In this document: positions 38,614 through 49,535 of the stretch, in pieces
Layout of the letters: each line of letters opens with the position of its first letter
How positions within the stretch are numbered: position 1 is the first letter of the stretch
DNA from: an uncultured Spirochaetota bacterium
Lineage (GTDB): Bacteria; Spirochaetota; Brevinematia; Brevinematales; JAOACQ01
Direction: 5' to 3'
Assembly: GCA_963783575.1 (NCBI GenBank)
Contig: CAWAOD010000003.1
Location: forward strand, 224,001 to 288,000
DNA: 64,000 nucleotides
Notes under the pieces: generated by a model
What the model was told of the DNA's origin: nothing
Seen by the model: only the letters and a program-made list of their open reading frames with translations
The model's database searches: none
Translations under genes and position numbers: made by a program

Positions 38614-41303
38614 ATGGGTTTGTTGTTAAAACTATTTTATCTGATTGTCGGCACAAAACAGGAAAAAGATATAAAAAAGATGAAGCCGGTGGTTGAAAAA
38701 ATAAATTCTCTTGAAAAAGAAATATCCGGCCTTTCAAACAGCGATCTTTCAAAAAAAACAAGTGAGTTTAAAGAAAGGCTTAAAAAAGGAGAGCCTTTAG
38801 ACAATCTTCTGCCGGAAGCGTTTGCCGTTGTGCGGGAAGTTTCCAAGAGGACGCTTAAGCTTAGGCATTTTGATGTCCAGTTAATGGGCGGAATATCCCT
38901 TAATAATAATATGATCTCGGAAATGAAGACAGGTGAAGGGAAAACTCTTGTCGCTACGCTGGCATTATATCTTAATGCGCTTTCTGAAAAGGGATGCCAT
39001 CTGATTACCGTCAATGATTACCTGGCAAAAAGGGACGCAATATGGATGGGCCCTATTTACAAATTTCTGGAATTAAGTGCCGGTGTGATAAACCATGAAA
39101 AATCATACCGTATAGAGTGGGATGATATTTCTCAATACATAGTAAAAACGGTTGAATGCGGAAGAAAAGAGGCTTATAACTGTGACATTACTTATGGAAC
39201 AAATAATGAGTTCGGTTTTGATTATCTCCGCGACAACATGGTTTTTTCCCTGGAACAGAAAGTCCAGCGCGGACACAATTATTCGATCGTCGATGAAGTT
39301 GACTCGATCCTGATCGATGAGGCCAGAACACCGCTCATTATATCCGGTCCTTCCGATGAAGCCACGGATTTATATTATAAAATCGATAAATTTATTCCGC
39401 GTCTGACCGAAGCCCAGGTTAACGATAAAAAGGAACCTATTGAGGGAACCGGTGATTATGCCGTTGATGAAAAAGACAAGTCGGCAGTTCTGACCGAAAT
39501 GGGTATAGAAAAAGTCGAAAAACTCCTGGGAATCAAGGAACTATATTCTCCGCGTAACAGCAATATCGTACATCACATCATACAGGCCATAAGGGCTCAT
39601 AAACTTTACCAGAAAGACGTGGCTTATGTTATCGAAAACGGCGAGGTTGTGATCGTAGATGAATTTACAGGAAGGAAAATGCCTGGTCGGCGCTGGTCGG
39701 ACGGCCTGCACCAGGCTATTGAAGCAAAAGAAAGGGTGCAGATAAAACAGGAATTCCAGACCCTGGCCACCGTAACCTTCCAGAATTACTTCCGTATGTA
39801 CACGAAACTCGCAGGTATGACGGGAACAGCCGAAACTGAAGCGCAGGAATTCTACTCGATATACAAGCTTGACGTTGCGGTAATACCGACAAATGTCGCC
39901 GTCGCGCGTACTGATCATTCCGACAAGGTCTATATAAATGAAAACGCAAAGTTTAAAGCCATTGTTCGCGATGTCGAGGAAAGACATAAAAAGGGCCAGC
40001 CAATCCTTCTTGGTACCATATCCGTAGAAAAGTCTGAAAAATTGTCAAAACTCCTAAACCAGCACCGGATAAGGCATAATGTCCTTAATGCCAAATTTCA
40101 TGAAAAAGAAGCTGAAATCATCGCAAACGCCGGTTTGAACGGTTCGGTCACAATCGCTACGAATATGGCGGGAAGAGGCACAGATATTAAGCTCGGTGAT
40201 GGGGTTGTCGAGGCAGGAGGGTCTATGTAATCGGAAGCGAGCGGCATGAAGCAAGAAGAATCGACAACCAGCTTCGCGGCCGTTCCGGAAGGCAAGGCGA
40301 TCCAGGTTCCTCCCAGTTTTATGTCTCGCTGCAGGATGATTTGATGAGACTTTTCGGCATGGACAACCAGATGAAGCTTATGCAGTCTTTCGGTTTCAGC
40401 GAGGATGAAGAAATCCAGAGCAGAATGATCAGTAGGGCAATTGAGAGTGCACAGAAGCGTGTTGAGGGCAGAAACTTCGAGATCAGAAAAAACCTTCTCG
40501 AATACGATAATGTTATGAATGAGCAGCGGGTTTACATATATTCAATGCGCGACAGAATTCTTGACATAAGCCGTAACTTCTCGCTTATTGACGAACTAAT
40601 ACGAAATGTTGTAACGGATTATACTGGAACTTTCGATAAGCCGCAGAAACCCGATTACTGGAATAAGGATGAAATAAGAAAATGGTTCAAATACATATTT
40701 TTTGCCGATGTTGAAATAAATATCTCGACTAAAGATTATGAGACCGCAATTGATGAGTTATCCGGCAAGCTGAAGGATATTGTCTGGAACAGGTTCAAAA
40801 ATGTACCCGATGAAATCCGCGCCGAGGGTTTTAAATATGTTGTTTTGAATATCCTTGATACAAAATGGAAGGAACATCTTAGGAATATCGATTCTTTACA
40901 GGAAGGGATCGGCCTGAGGGGTTATGCTCAGAGAAACCCGATTGTGGAATACAAACTTGAAGCTTATGATCTTTTCACTGCCATGCGTTCAAGTTTTATG
41001 ACAGAAGCCCTCTCGCTGTTGTCCAGGCTTGAAATTCATGCGCGTGTGGAACAGGAACCGCTGCCTGAAGAATCGGCAATACCAGCAAAAGTTCAGACAA
41101 TTCACAATGAGGTCGGCCAATTCGGAGGAGCGTCGGGCGGGAAAGAGCAGAAGCCGCCTATTAATACAAAGCCCCAGCCAATTAAAAGAAATATTAAACT
41201 TGGGAGAAATGACCTGTGCTGGTGCGGCAGCGGGAAAAAATATAAAAACTGCCATATGGAAGAGGATTTAAGTAAACAACGCGCATCTATGTCTGTAAGT
41301 TGA
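38614..41303 (+). CDS. secA: Preprotein translocase subunit SecA (one -1 frameshift near 40221)
   Basis: [40 protein letters not shown]. After the shift the frame reads [29 protein letters not shown]-terminal SEC-C motif [18 protein letters not shown]. Confidence 0.97.
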
Positions 41304-41320
41304 TATAAGAGGGGTTAATT

Positions 41321-42352
41321 ATGGATTACAAATCGGCAGGTGTTGATATCAATAAGGCTGATGATCTGATTGAGAATGTTAAAAATTTTGCCAGAGAAAC
41401 CTACACAAAAGGCGTATTAAGCGGTGTTGGAGGTTTCGGTTCTCTATTTGAAATTGGAAAATATAAAAATCCGGTTCTTGTTTCATCAACAGACGGTATA
41501 GGTACAAAGATAAAACTTGCCGAAGAAATGGAAAAATATTATGGCCTTGGTTATGACCTTGTCGCCATGTGCGTTGACGATATTATTTGCTGCGGCGCTA
41601 AACCGCTGTTTTTTCTTGATTATATAGCTGTGGGAAAACTTCAGGAGGGATTATACTTAAAATTCATAGAAAGCATTTCCAGAGCATGCCAGTTTGCCGA
41701 ATGCGCGCTTGTAGGAGGCGAAACGGCAGAGCTTCCGGGAATGTATCCCGAAAATGAGTTCGACCTCGCCGGCTTTGCCGTTGGAATTATCGAAAAGGAT
41801 CAAATTATTGATCCGGAACATATAAAGGAAGGAGATGCTGTAATTGGACTTGCATCATCCGGTTTTCACAGCAACGGTTTTTCTCTGATAAGGAAAATTG
41901 TTGAAACCAATAATCTTGATCTCCATAAAAATTACGGTTTCGGCGTTCTCGGCAATATCCTGCTGACACCTACCGAAATATATTCGCCTGTTATTTTAAA
42001 GGCAATATCAAAGTTTTCAAAAGGAATAAAAGGCATAGCCCATATTACCGGAGGCGGAATAGAAGGCAACCTCAGCAGGGTTATACCGCATGATTTAAAT
42101 GCGGTAGTAAACAAGAGCAGCTGGAAGGTTCCGGAACTTTTCCAGTTTATTAAAGATCAGGGCCAGGTTGAAGAAAATGAAGCTTACCAGGTTTTTAATA
42201 TGGGGCTGGGTATGGCATTGATTGTGGATTCCCATATGAAAGCAGAAATACAGAGATTTTTTAATAATAATTCATACAAGGCTTATGATATTGGAATTAT
42301 GGAAAAAGGCGAAGGTAAAGTAAAAATGATTAATTATCCGATTATTGCTTAG
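41321..42352 (+). CDS. purM: Phosphoribosylformylglycinamidine cyclo-ligase
   Basis: YKSAGVDI, STDGIGTK, GGETAELPG, SSGFHSNGFSL, HITGGG. Confidence 0.97.
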   Translation: MDYKSAGVDINKADDLIENVKNFARETYTKGVLSGVGGFGSLFEIGKYKNPVLVSSTDGIGTKIKLAEEMEKYYGLGYDLVAMCVDDIICCGAKPLFFLDYIAVGKLQEGLYLKFIESISRACQFAECALVGGETAELPGMYPENEFDLAGFAVGIIEKDQIIDPEHIKEGDAVIGLASSGFHSNGFSLIRKIVETNNLDLHKNYGFGVLGNILLTPTEIYSPVILKAISKFSKGIKGIAHITGGGIEGNLSRVIPHDLNAVVNKSSWKVPELFQFIKDQGQVEENEAYQVFNMGLGMALIVDSHMKAEIQRFFNNNSYKAYDIGIMEKGEGKVKMINYPIIA

Positions 42353-42379
42353 CCAGGAGTGAAATAGAAAAATTAATAT

Positions 42380-42766
42380 TCAGCCCTTCCATTTTCCATC
42401 TTTAATCTCTATTGCAAAAAACTTATCAAGCTTATCCTGGGGCAATACATATATCTGTACTTTAATGACTTCGCCGTTTATAAGCTTAGCATTCATTTCT
42501 TTTCTAATATAGAACGAATCATCGATTTTATCAGGGTAATAACCCTCGAATTCGTCTATTTCATCCAGCAGGTGATCGCTGATTTCATAGATTTCACCGT
42601 AGACTTTATTTCTGGCAGGATGTTCTTCGTCTAGAATTGCCGGAAACTCAATACCAAGATCATAAAGCGTACCATTAACAAAGGCTTCGGAATAGAGCCC
42701 GGCTTTATCAATAATTTTGTGATCGGCTGAATTGCGTTTTAAGCTGCCGTAAACGAAAAGATACAT
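42380..42766 (-). CDS. Gamma-glutamylcyclotransferase (AIG2-like) family protein
   Basis: LFVYGSLKR, LYDLG..FPA, VYGEIYEI...IDEFEGY. Confidence 0.9.
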   Translation of the reverse strand: MYLFVYGSLKRNSADHKIIDKAGLYSEAFVNGTLYDLGIEFPAILDEEHPARNKVYGEIYEISDHLLDEIDEFEGYYPDKIDDSFYIRKEMNAKLINGEVIKVQIYVLPQDKLDKFFAIEIKDGKWKG

Positions 42767-42781
42767 TTATAATAACCCCGG

Positions 42782-44026
42782 TCAGTACATAGAAGTATTT
42801 GCAAGCGACTGGCCTGTCATCCTCTTTCTTTCAAGTTCAAGATTTCTTTTAATTATCTGGACCGTTTTTTCAATGGTTGTAACATCCTTGATAAAAATCT
42901 TTCCATCTATTATGGAAAGAGATTTATCGGTATCGAATAACTTTTTTATATAAAGATGCCCGTCCTGTTGATTGAAACCTACGAATTTGATCAGTTCCTC
43001 GGTTCCGAAATCAAAAGTATGCGATGTCCCCATTGAAATCGGTATTCTTGCTTTCTGAAGCTGTGTATAAAGGGAATCGTATATTTTACCGATCGGGTCT
43101 TTGATCAAAATATTCGACAATTGTTTGTATATAAGCCATATTCTTTCACTTAAAAGTTCGATAATCTTTGTTGCGATTTCGGGATGACCCTGAACGGTAG
43201 GCTCAAAATTAGCTTTACTCACCGCCATCAGTTTAACCGGGCCAAAAGCAGTTGAGCTTGCACTTCTGGGCTTATTATCCAGGAGCGACATCTCGCCGAA
43301 AATATCACCTTTCTTTAATACGGCCAGCAGCACTTCGTTATTATCGACAAGCTTTGTTATTTTGACCTTACCATCCTGGATGATATAGAGCTCCGCGCCA
43401 GGTTCATGTTCAAGAAATATAATCTGCTTATCGGAATACAAAGATGAAAAACCATCTTTCCTGGGCTGTAAAACTTCCTGAGCCGGATTGATTTTTGCAA
43501 GCTTGGTTTTTGCCTGGGGGACAAAACCGCCATCCGGACAAAACTTTATATAATGAAGGTAAGCATAAGCCGCCTGATTTAAAAGCTGGTTAGCATAATA
43601 AAATTCGCCGACTTTAAACAGATTATTCGGGTTTTCCTCAAGGGACGACTTGAAAGTTAGCTTTGTAAGTGTAGAATCATAATACCGCAACTGTTTCCCG
43701 AAATAACGGAGTATTTTCATCGCTATGGGAGTGTTTTTCTGAATCAATGAACCGAAATGCTCCCTTCTCACTACAATTGTTGAGGTGTCATCAATAGCCT
43801 GAACGGTTTCAATCCTGGCTCTCCTGGCCATGCAGGATATAACTCCAAAGAAATCGCCTACTCCCAGAACTGTTCCCTGATCCTGGTCAACGGTAGAAGC
43901 CGATCTGGCTTCAATTACCTGGCCCTGCCGGATAATATAAAATTCATCCGCTTCAGGTTGATCTTCGAGAGTAATATATCCGTTCTTTTTGAAGCTGGCC
44001 ACGCCAAATACAACTTCGTCAGCCAT
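42782..44026 (-). CDS. Double cyclic-nucleotide-binding domain protein with central TPR (Crp/Fnr-like)
   Basis: FYIIRQGQV...GDFFGVISC...R.E and LYIIQDGKVKI...GDIFGEMSLLDNKPRSAS, separated by a TPR-like helix pair. Confidence 0.9.
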   Translation of the reverse strand: MADEVVFGVASFKKNGYITLEDQPEADEFYIIRQGQVIEARSASTVDQDQGTVLGVGDFFGVISCMARRARIETVQAIDDTSTIVVRREHFGSLIQKNTPIAMKILRYFGKQLRYYDSTLTKLTFKSSLEENPNNLFKVGEFYYANQLLNQAAYAYLHYIKFCPDGGFVPQAKTKLAKINPAQEVLQPRKDGFSSLYSDKQIIFLEHEPGAELYIIQDGKVKITKLVDNNEVLLAVLKKGDIFGEMSLLDNKPRSASSTAFGPVKLMAVSKANFEPTVQGHPEIATKIIELLSERIWLIYKQLSNILIKDPIGKIYDSLYTQLQKARIPISMGTSHTFDFGTEELIKFVGFNQQDGHLYIKKLFDTDKSLSIIDGKIFIKDVTTIEKTVQIIKRNLELERKRMTGQSLANTSMY

Positions 44027-44147
44027 TTTTACTCCACATATTATTTTTCAACTAATTATAAGTTATATTAATCTTTTTGTAAACAGTAACCTATTAATAA
44101 ATAAGAACCTATTGAGAAATACATATATATAAAAAAGGAACCTATTT

Positions 44148-45440
44148 TTAGATAGGAAATCTCTTACATAGATTTTCGACTTTTTCCCTTATTGAATTAA
44201 GCTTTTTTTCATCATTAATATTTGAGATCGCATTAGAAATATATTCTCCTATTTCTTCCATTTCTTTTTCTTTCATTCCTCTTGTTGTTACAGCAGGTGT
44301 GCCGATCCTTATGCCGCTTGTTATTGTCGGAGGTAATTTGTCAAAAGGTATGCCGTTTTTATTGACAGTTATCCTTGCTTTATCAAGGACTTCCGTTGCT
44401 TCCTTGCCGGTGACATTTTTATTGGTGAGATCCACAAGTAAAAGATGATTATCCGAACCACCGGAGACAAGCCTGAAACCTGATTGAATTAATGTTTTTG
44501 CTAATGCACGGCAATTCATCAATACCTGTTTTTGATAACCCTGAAATGCAGGATCCATAGCCTCTTTTAAAGCAACAGCCTTGGCTGCAATGACATGCAT
44601 CAGCGGGCCGCCCTGAATACCGGGAAAAATCATCCCGTCTAAAATTTCGCTCATCATTTTAACCCTGCCGCTTTTCGCCGCTTTAATACCCAATTTATTC
44701 TCAAAATTTTTACCCATCAATATCATTCCCCCACGCGGACCTCGCAGTGTTTTATGAGTTGTTGTCGTTACAAAGTGGGAGGCAGGCAATGGGCTGGGAT
44801 GAAGCCCTGTGGCCACAAGCCCGGCGATATGCGCCATGTCTGTCATCAAATAGGCTCCGCACGCATCGGCGGCCTCGCGAAATTTTTCAAAGTTCAGAGT
44901 CCGCGGATAAGCGCTGGCGCCGGCAATAACCATCTTCGGCTTTTCCCTCACGGCAAGCTCAATTAAAGCCTGATAATCTATTGTTTCAGTTTCCTGTGAA
45001 ACTCCATAACTTACTATATTAAAAAATTTCCCCGAAAAATTAACAGGTGAACCATGCGTCAGATGTCCTCCATGAGAAAGACTCATGCCGAGAACTTTAT
45101 CCCCCGGGTTTAAGACGCTGAAATATATTCCCATATTTGCCTGGCTTCCAGAATGCGGCTGAACATTAGCGTAATCGCAGGAAAATATTATTTTTGCCCT
45201 GTCTCTCGCAAGATCTTCAACAACATCTATATATTCACAACCGCCATAATAGCGATGACCTGGATAACCTTCCGCATACTTATTTGTCATTAAACTGCCC
45301 TGAGCTTCCAGAACCGCTTCGGAAACTATGTTTTCAGAAGCTATCAATTCCAGATTAAACTGCTCCCTGTTTTCTTCTTTAATTATCGCATCATAAACTT
45401 CCCTGTCAACATTTTTCAATTGTTCCTTATCAGCCGGCAT
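44148..45440 (-). CDS. glyA: Serine hydroxymethyltransferase
   Basis: [50 protein letters not shown] at 45440. Confidence 0.98.
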   Translation of the reverse strand: MPADKEQLKNVDREVYDAIIKEENREQFNLELIASENIVSEAVLEAQGSLMTNKYAEGYPGHRYYGGCEYIDVVEDLARDRAKIIFSCDYANVQPHSGSQANMGIYFSVLNPGDKVLGMSLSHGGHLTHGSPVNFSGKFFNIVSYGVSQETETIDYQALIELAVREKPKMVIAGASAYPRTLNFEKFREAADACGAYLMTDMAHIAGLVATGLHPSPLPASHFVTTTTHKTLRGPRGGMILMGKNFENKLGIKAAKSGRVKMMSEILDGMIFPGIQGGPLMHVIAAKAVALKEAMDPAFQGYQKQVLMNCRALAKTLIQSGFRLVSGGSDNHLLLVDLTNKNVTGKEATEVLDKARITVNKNGIPFDKLPPTITSGIRIGTPAVTTRGMKEKEMEEIGEYISNAISNINDEKKLNSIREKVENLCKRFPI

Positions 45441-45467
45441 AATTAAAACTCCCGATATAATATATTG

Positions 45468-45554
45468 CTTAAACTGAGTAGTTCTTATCAAATTTTTTCT
45501 TAGAATAAACGGAAATAATAAAATAAGTCTAATATTAAAACCGCTCAATTTTTG
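45468..45554. mobile_element. Degenerate miniature element with IS1380-like terminal inverted repeats
   Basis: Left end cttaaactgagtagttctta and right end ttaaaaccgctcaatttttg both resemble the adjacent IS TIR. Confidence 0.5.
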
Positions 45555-45615
45555 TATCAATATATTTTAATAAATGATAATAAAATACTCAATTAATATC
45601 GGTTAATAATTAAAG

Positions 45616-45743
45616 CCTAAATTGAGCGGTTTTAATAAAATTTATTCAATCATCAATAGCTAAGAACTTATATTATAAGTCGAAAGTCGATTAGCCGGTT
45701 AGTCATTTCAAATAAAAACCATTTAAAGAATCTCTCAGTTTGG
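45616..45743. mobile_element. Miniature inverted-repeat element (MITE-like) with IS1380-like ends
   Basis: Left end cctaaattgagcggttttaa, right end aagaatctctcagtttgg; no ORF inside. Confidence 0.6.
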
Positions 45744-45749
45744 ATAATA

Positions 45750-47458
45750 CCTAAACTGAGCGATTCTTAACTATCCATAAAAATAAAACCATGCTAAAAT
45801 AAAATGGGGTAAGGAAATGGTTACAGCCATCCTTACCCCGGAATAACACCCATTGGGTGCAAAAGCAGGTAAATTATGACTGAAAAAAATAAAAATCGCA
45901 AAATTCAGGGAAATGAGATTCAAAAAATCGGCATAACGAAAGATTGTCTTACCAGCCGCGGCGGGCTTACGTTTGTCCTGAGATATCTCAAGAATATTAA
46001 AGTTATTCCCCTGATCAGCGAAGTATTTCAGGGAATTCGCAAGAGCCGCAAAGGTAAAGATATAGAAAAAATTATTTCTCAATTGATGCTGTTTTTCATA
46101 GATGGAAGCAAATTTACCATGACCCGGTTTGATGAATTGGCAAATGATATCGGGCACAGAAAGGCCATTGAATGCAGCAAAGACAATATGTGCTCATCCC
46201 ATGTGATAAAGAGATTTTTTTCAGTGGTAAAAAAGACAATGTTTAAAGAGCTTCAAAAGATTCTAATTAAGCTTTTTGTCTGGCGTCTCAAGATAAAGAA
46301 CCCGAAAGTTATTATTCTCGGACTTGATACGATGGTACTGAATAATGATGACGCTAAAAAGCGAAACGGCGTGACTTATACCCACAAAAAGGTTAACGGG
46401 TATCATCCGCTGCATATGTATTGGAATGGTTTTATCGTGAACCTGGCGTTCCACGAAGGAAGCGAATCCCCGAATCACGGTGACGATCTGTTTACAATGC
46501 TGGAAGAAACAGTGAAGGAAATCCGGAAATGCTATGACAAAGAGGTGCCGATTATCGTTGTGTCTGATAGCGGGTTTTTTGACCAAAAGTATTTTAAGAA
46601 GCTGGAAGACCTGAAACTGTTCTTTATATGCGGCGGGAGAATACTGGATTCAATCAAACTCGATTTGATGAAGCGATTGCCGGAAGAATGGAGAAGGTTT
46701 GAGAAAAAAGGAGATGTAATTGAATACCTGGACTTTCGGGACAGACGGGATAGCTGGGAAAAGGGATACCGTGCCATTTATACCAAATATGAATGTGAAG
46801 ACGGGGTTTTCAGATTAGCGTTCGACAGGCCTGAAAATATTATTTATACAAATCTTGAAGAAGCGGAAGTATTGAAAGAAAAGGGGCTTGTGAAATATAT
46901 GACGGCAGAGGAAATAGTGAGGCTCTATCATCTGAGGGCAAAAGATGAACTGGTGAACCGTGGAATAAAAGAATTCGTGGATGAAACACTGCCGTTTAAG
47001 AGTTTTGTATCAAACGGTGTATATTATTTTTTATCGATAATAGCGTATAATCTGCTGTCGGCTTATCAGGCGGATATGGATATACCGGAAATACCAGTGG
47101 AAAGTTATCCGGATACGGTCAGGCGAATATTTATTGATATTGCGGGAAAGATTGTTAAAACAGGCGGGCGGGCTATTTTAAAATTCAGGGAAGAAGTAGT
47201 TGACAGGTTTAAATTGTTAGATTTGTGGGAGAAATGCGGAACGGTTACCCCGATTTAAAGATGCGCTCTGTTTTCATGGATTAATAAGGGGGTATTGCGC
47301 CAAAAATTGAAAATATCTCAGAGATTGATGATTTTAGTGCTTTCAAACGCATAAATTCGGCAAATTAACCGGTGACAAAAAAATATATCCAAATTTTTAT
47401 AAATTTTGGCTTTTATAAACCTGTTTTTGGTATTTATTAAAAAATCGCTCAGTTTGGG
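45750..47458 (+). mobile_element. Complete IS1380-family insertion sequence
   Basis: TIRs cctaaactgagcgatt (45750-45765) and aatcgctcagtttggg (47443-47458). 5-bp TSD TAATA at 45745-45749 and 47459-47463. Single transposase ORF. Confidence 0.92.
45876..47258 (+). CDS. IS1380-family DDE transposase
   Basis: LTSRGGL, LGLDTMV...GYHPL, DSGFF, Y..RA.DE...R..KE (YREK-like), R..FI.IAGKIVKTG. Confidence 0.92.
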   Translation: MTEKNKNRKIQGNEIQKIGITKDCLTSRGGLTFVLRYLKNIKVIPLISEVFQGIRKSRKGKDIEKIISQLMLFFIDGSKFTMTRFDELANDIGHRKAIECSKDNMCSSHVIKRFFSVVKKTMFKELQKILIKLFVWRLKIKNPKVIILGLDTMVLNNDDAKKRNGVTYTHKKVNGYHPLHMYWNGFIVNLAFHEGSESPNHGDDLFTMLEETVKEIRKCYDKEVPIIVVSDSGFFDQKYFKKLEDLKLFFICGGRILDSIKLDLMKRLPEEWRRFEKKGDVIEYLDFRDRRDSWEKGYRAIYTKYECEDGVFRLAFDRPENIIYTNLEEAEVLKEKGLVKYMTAEEIVRLYHLRAKDELVNRGIKEFVDETLPFKSFVSNGVYYFLSIIAYNLLSAYQADMDIPEIPVESYPDTVRRIFIDIAGKIVKTGGRAILKFREEVVDRFKLLDLWEKCGTVTPI

Positions 47459-47491
47459 TAATACAATGTTTTCCTTATGCCATAAATTTCC

Positions 47492-47520
47492 TTGAGAAAA
47501 TCTAATTAAGATGTTATACT
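47492..47520 (+). promoter_or_regulatory. Sigma70-type promoter of hslVU
   Basis: TTGAGA-17 nt-TATACT with extended -10 TG. Confidence 0.6.
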
Positions 47521-47542
47521 TAAATTTGTTTTTGGAGGGATT

Positions 47543-48085
47543 ATGCCGGATAATTTATGGCATTCCACCACAATTATCTGTGTACGCAGGGGTGAGAAGG
47601 TTGCCATTGCCGGAGACGGCCAGGTCACTTTTGGAGATACTGTAATAAAGGGAAATGCAGTAAAAATCAGAAAATTATACAAGGATACAGTATTATCAGG
47701 TTTTGCCGGGTCAGCCGCGGACGCTTTCGCACTTCTGGAAAAATTTGAAATCAAACTTGAGGAATTTTCGGGTGATCTTCTGAGAGCAAGCGTTGGTCTG
47801 GCAAAAGACTGGAGGCTTGACAAGGCTTTAAGACAGCTTGACGCTCTCATAATTGTAGCAAATAAAAAAAATACATTCATAATATCCGGAAACGGCAATA
47901 TTATTGAACCGGAAGATAATATCGCAAGTATAGGCTCCGGAGGAGCTTATGCCAGAGCCGCAGCCATGGCATTTATGAAAACTGATCCGGGAATGGACAT
48001 CAAGGACGTGGCATATACATCCCTGGAGATAGCTTCTCAAATATGCATATATACCAATTCAAATATCAGTGTAGAAACTTTATAA
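47543..48085 (+). CDS. hslV: ATP-dependent protease subunit HslV
   Basis: HSTTII, AGDGQVTFG, GFAGSAADA, AKDWR.DK.LR.L, IGSGG.YA.AAA. Confidence 0.97.
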   Translation: MPDNLWHSTTIICVRRGEKVAIAGDGQVTFGDTVIKGNAVKIRKLYKDTVLSGFAGSAADAFALLEKFEIKLEEFSGDLLRASVGLAKDWRLDKALRQLDALIIVANKKNTFIISGNGNIIEPEDNIASIGSGGAYARAAAMAFMKTDPGMDIKDVAYTSLEIASQICIYTNSNISVETL

Positions 48086-48099
48086 TGTGAGGAATAGCG

Positions 48100-49488
48100 A
48101 TGAATCATAAATCCCTTCCCGTAGTTGATATAAATGACAGCCTTGAGTATTTTAAGCCCAGAGAGATAGTGCAGGCATTGAATAATTATATTATCGGGCA
48201 GGAAAAAGCAAAAAAACTTGTTGCTATTGCCCTCAGGAACAGAATCCGCAGAAAATATGTGGCGGATGATCTAAAAGAGGAAATCGCTCCAAAAAATATC
48301 CTAATGATCGGGCCGACGGGCGTTGGAAAGACCGAAATAGCAAGAAGAATAGCACAAACCCTTGATGCTCCTTTTATCAAGGTTGAGGCGACAAAATTCA
48401 CGGAAAGGGGATATGTCGGCAGGGATGTTGAATATATGATCAGGGCTATTGTAAATCATTCGGTAAATCTTGTAAAGTCAAGAATGAGGGATCAGGTTAA
48501 AAATGATGTTTATCCTGATGTTTTTAAGGTAATCCAGAAGAATCTTTTTGACGAATTGATTAAAACCGGCGAAATATCTTATGATGATCTATCACAGAGT
48601 GAAAAAACCAGGCTGAAATCGGAAATTAAAAAAAGACTGCATTCGGGAGGATTCGATCATTATTTGATAAACATCAAACTCAGGAAAAAGTCAAGCCCGA
48701 TTTTCCCGATGGTAGATATGTTTCCGGGTATGGATGATATGGAAAGCGGATTCCAGTCAATTTTTAACGATATAGGAGCCGAAACCAATGAAACAAAGCG
48801 CCTTACAGTAAAAGAAGCGACTGAAGCCCTTGTTCAGCAATATCTGGACGACAGTATTGACAAGGACAAGGCAATTGACCTCGGAATAAAATGGGCCCAG
48901 GAAATGGGCATTGTCTTTATCGATGAAATAGACAAAATATCAGATAAAGCCAAGGGAAACGGTCCCGAAGTTTCCCGGGAGGGTGTTCAGAGAGATTTAC
49001 TTCCGATTGTTGAAGGGACAACAGTAAACACAAAATATGGTATGGTAAAGACCGATCATATGCTGTTTATTGCCGCAGGGGCTTTTCATATAACAAAACC
49101 TTCCGATATGATACCCGAACTGCAGGGAAGGTTCCCGATAAGAGTCGAACTTCATAGTTTATCAAAGTCAGACCTCCTCAAAATTCTCGTAGAACCAAAA
49201 AATTCGCTGGTAAAACAGTACAAGGCTCTTCTATCGACAGAGGGCGTATCTCTTGAATTTGATGACGCTTCTTATGAAAAAATAGTCGAAATAGCTTATG
49301 AAATCAATAGTCTTGTTGAAGATATCGGAGCAAGACGGCTTCATACAATTATGGAATACCTGCTTGAGGATATTTCCTTCGAAGCTCCGGAAATGAAAGG
49401 AAAAACATATTTGATCGACAAGGAATATGTTGAGAAAAGACTGTCGGAAATTACCAGAAGCAATGATCTGACGAAATATATATTATAG
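48100..49488 (+). CDS. hslU: ATP-dependent protease ATPase subunit HslU
   Basis: PKNILMIGPTGVGKTEIARR, VEATKFTE.GYVGRDVE, VSREGVQRDLLP, C-terminal DLTKYIL. Confidence 0.97.
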   Translation: MNHKSLPVVDINDSLEYFKPREIVQALNNYIIGQEKAKKLVAIALRNRIRRKYVADDLKEEIAPKNILMIGPTGVGKTEIARRIAQTLDAPFIKVEATKFTERGYVGRDVEYMIRAIVNHSVNLVKSRMRDQVKNDVYPDVFKVIQKNLFDELIKTGEISYDDLSQSEKTRLKSEIKKRLHSGGFDHYLINIKLRKKSSPIFPMVDMFPGMDDMESGFQSIFNDIGAETNETKRLTVKEATEALVQQYLDDSIDKDKAIDLGIKWAQEMGIVFIDEIDKISDKAKGNGPEVSREGVQRDLLPIVEGTTVNTKYGMVKTDHMLFIAAGAFHITKPSDMIPELQGRFPIRVELHSLSKSDLLKILVEPKNSLVKQYKALLSTEGVSLEFDDASYEKIVEIAYEINSLVEDIGARRLHTIMEYLLEDISFEAPEMKGKTYLIDKEYVEKRLSEITRSNDLTKYIL

Positions 49489-49516
49489 TCGCTAGTCACT
49501 AGCAACTAGCGACTAT
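49485..49516. repeat. Perfect 12-bp inverted repeat built from CTAG-containing heptamers
   Basis: atagtcgctagt-cactagca-actagcgactat. Confidence 0.7.
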
Positions 49517-49535
49517 TAAAGTCCTGAGGATAAAT

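Noticed and set aside
38614..41303. Split secA (and clpX, iorB, FAH hydrolase, peptidase) as true pseudogenes or programmed frameshifts
   Set aside because: Both halves are fully conserved, the shifts are single bases mostly in homopolymers, and secA is essential. Assembly error is more parsimonious.
45441..45560. N-terminal extension of GlyA in the ORF track
   Set aside because: It is an open frame running through AT-rich MITE-like DNA; the ATG at 45440 has an RBS-like GGGAG and gives the normal length.
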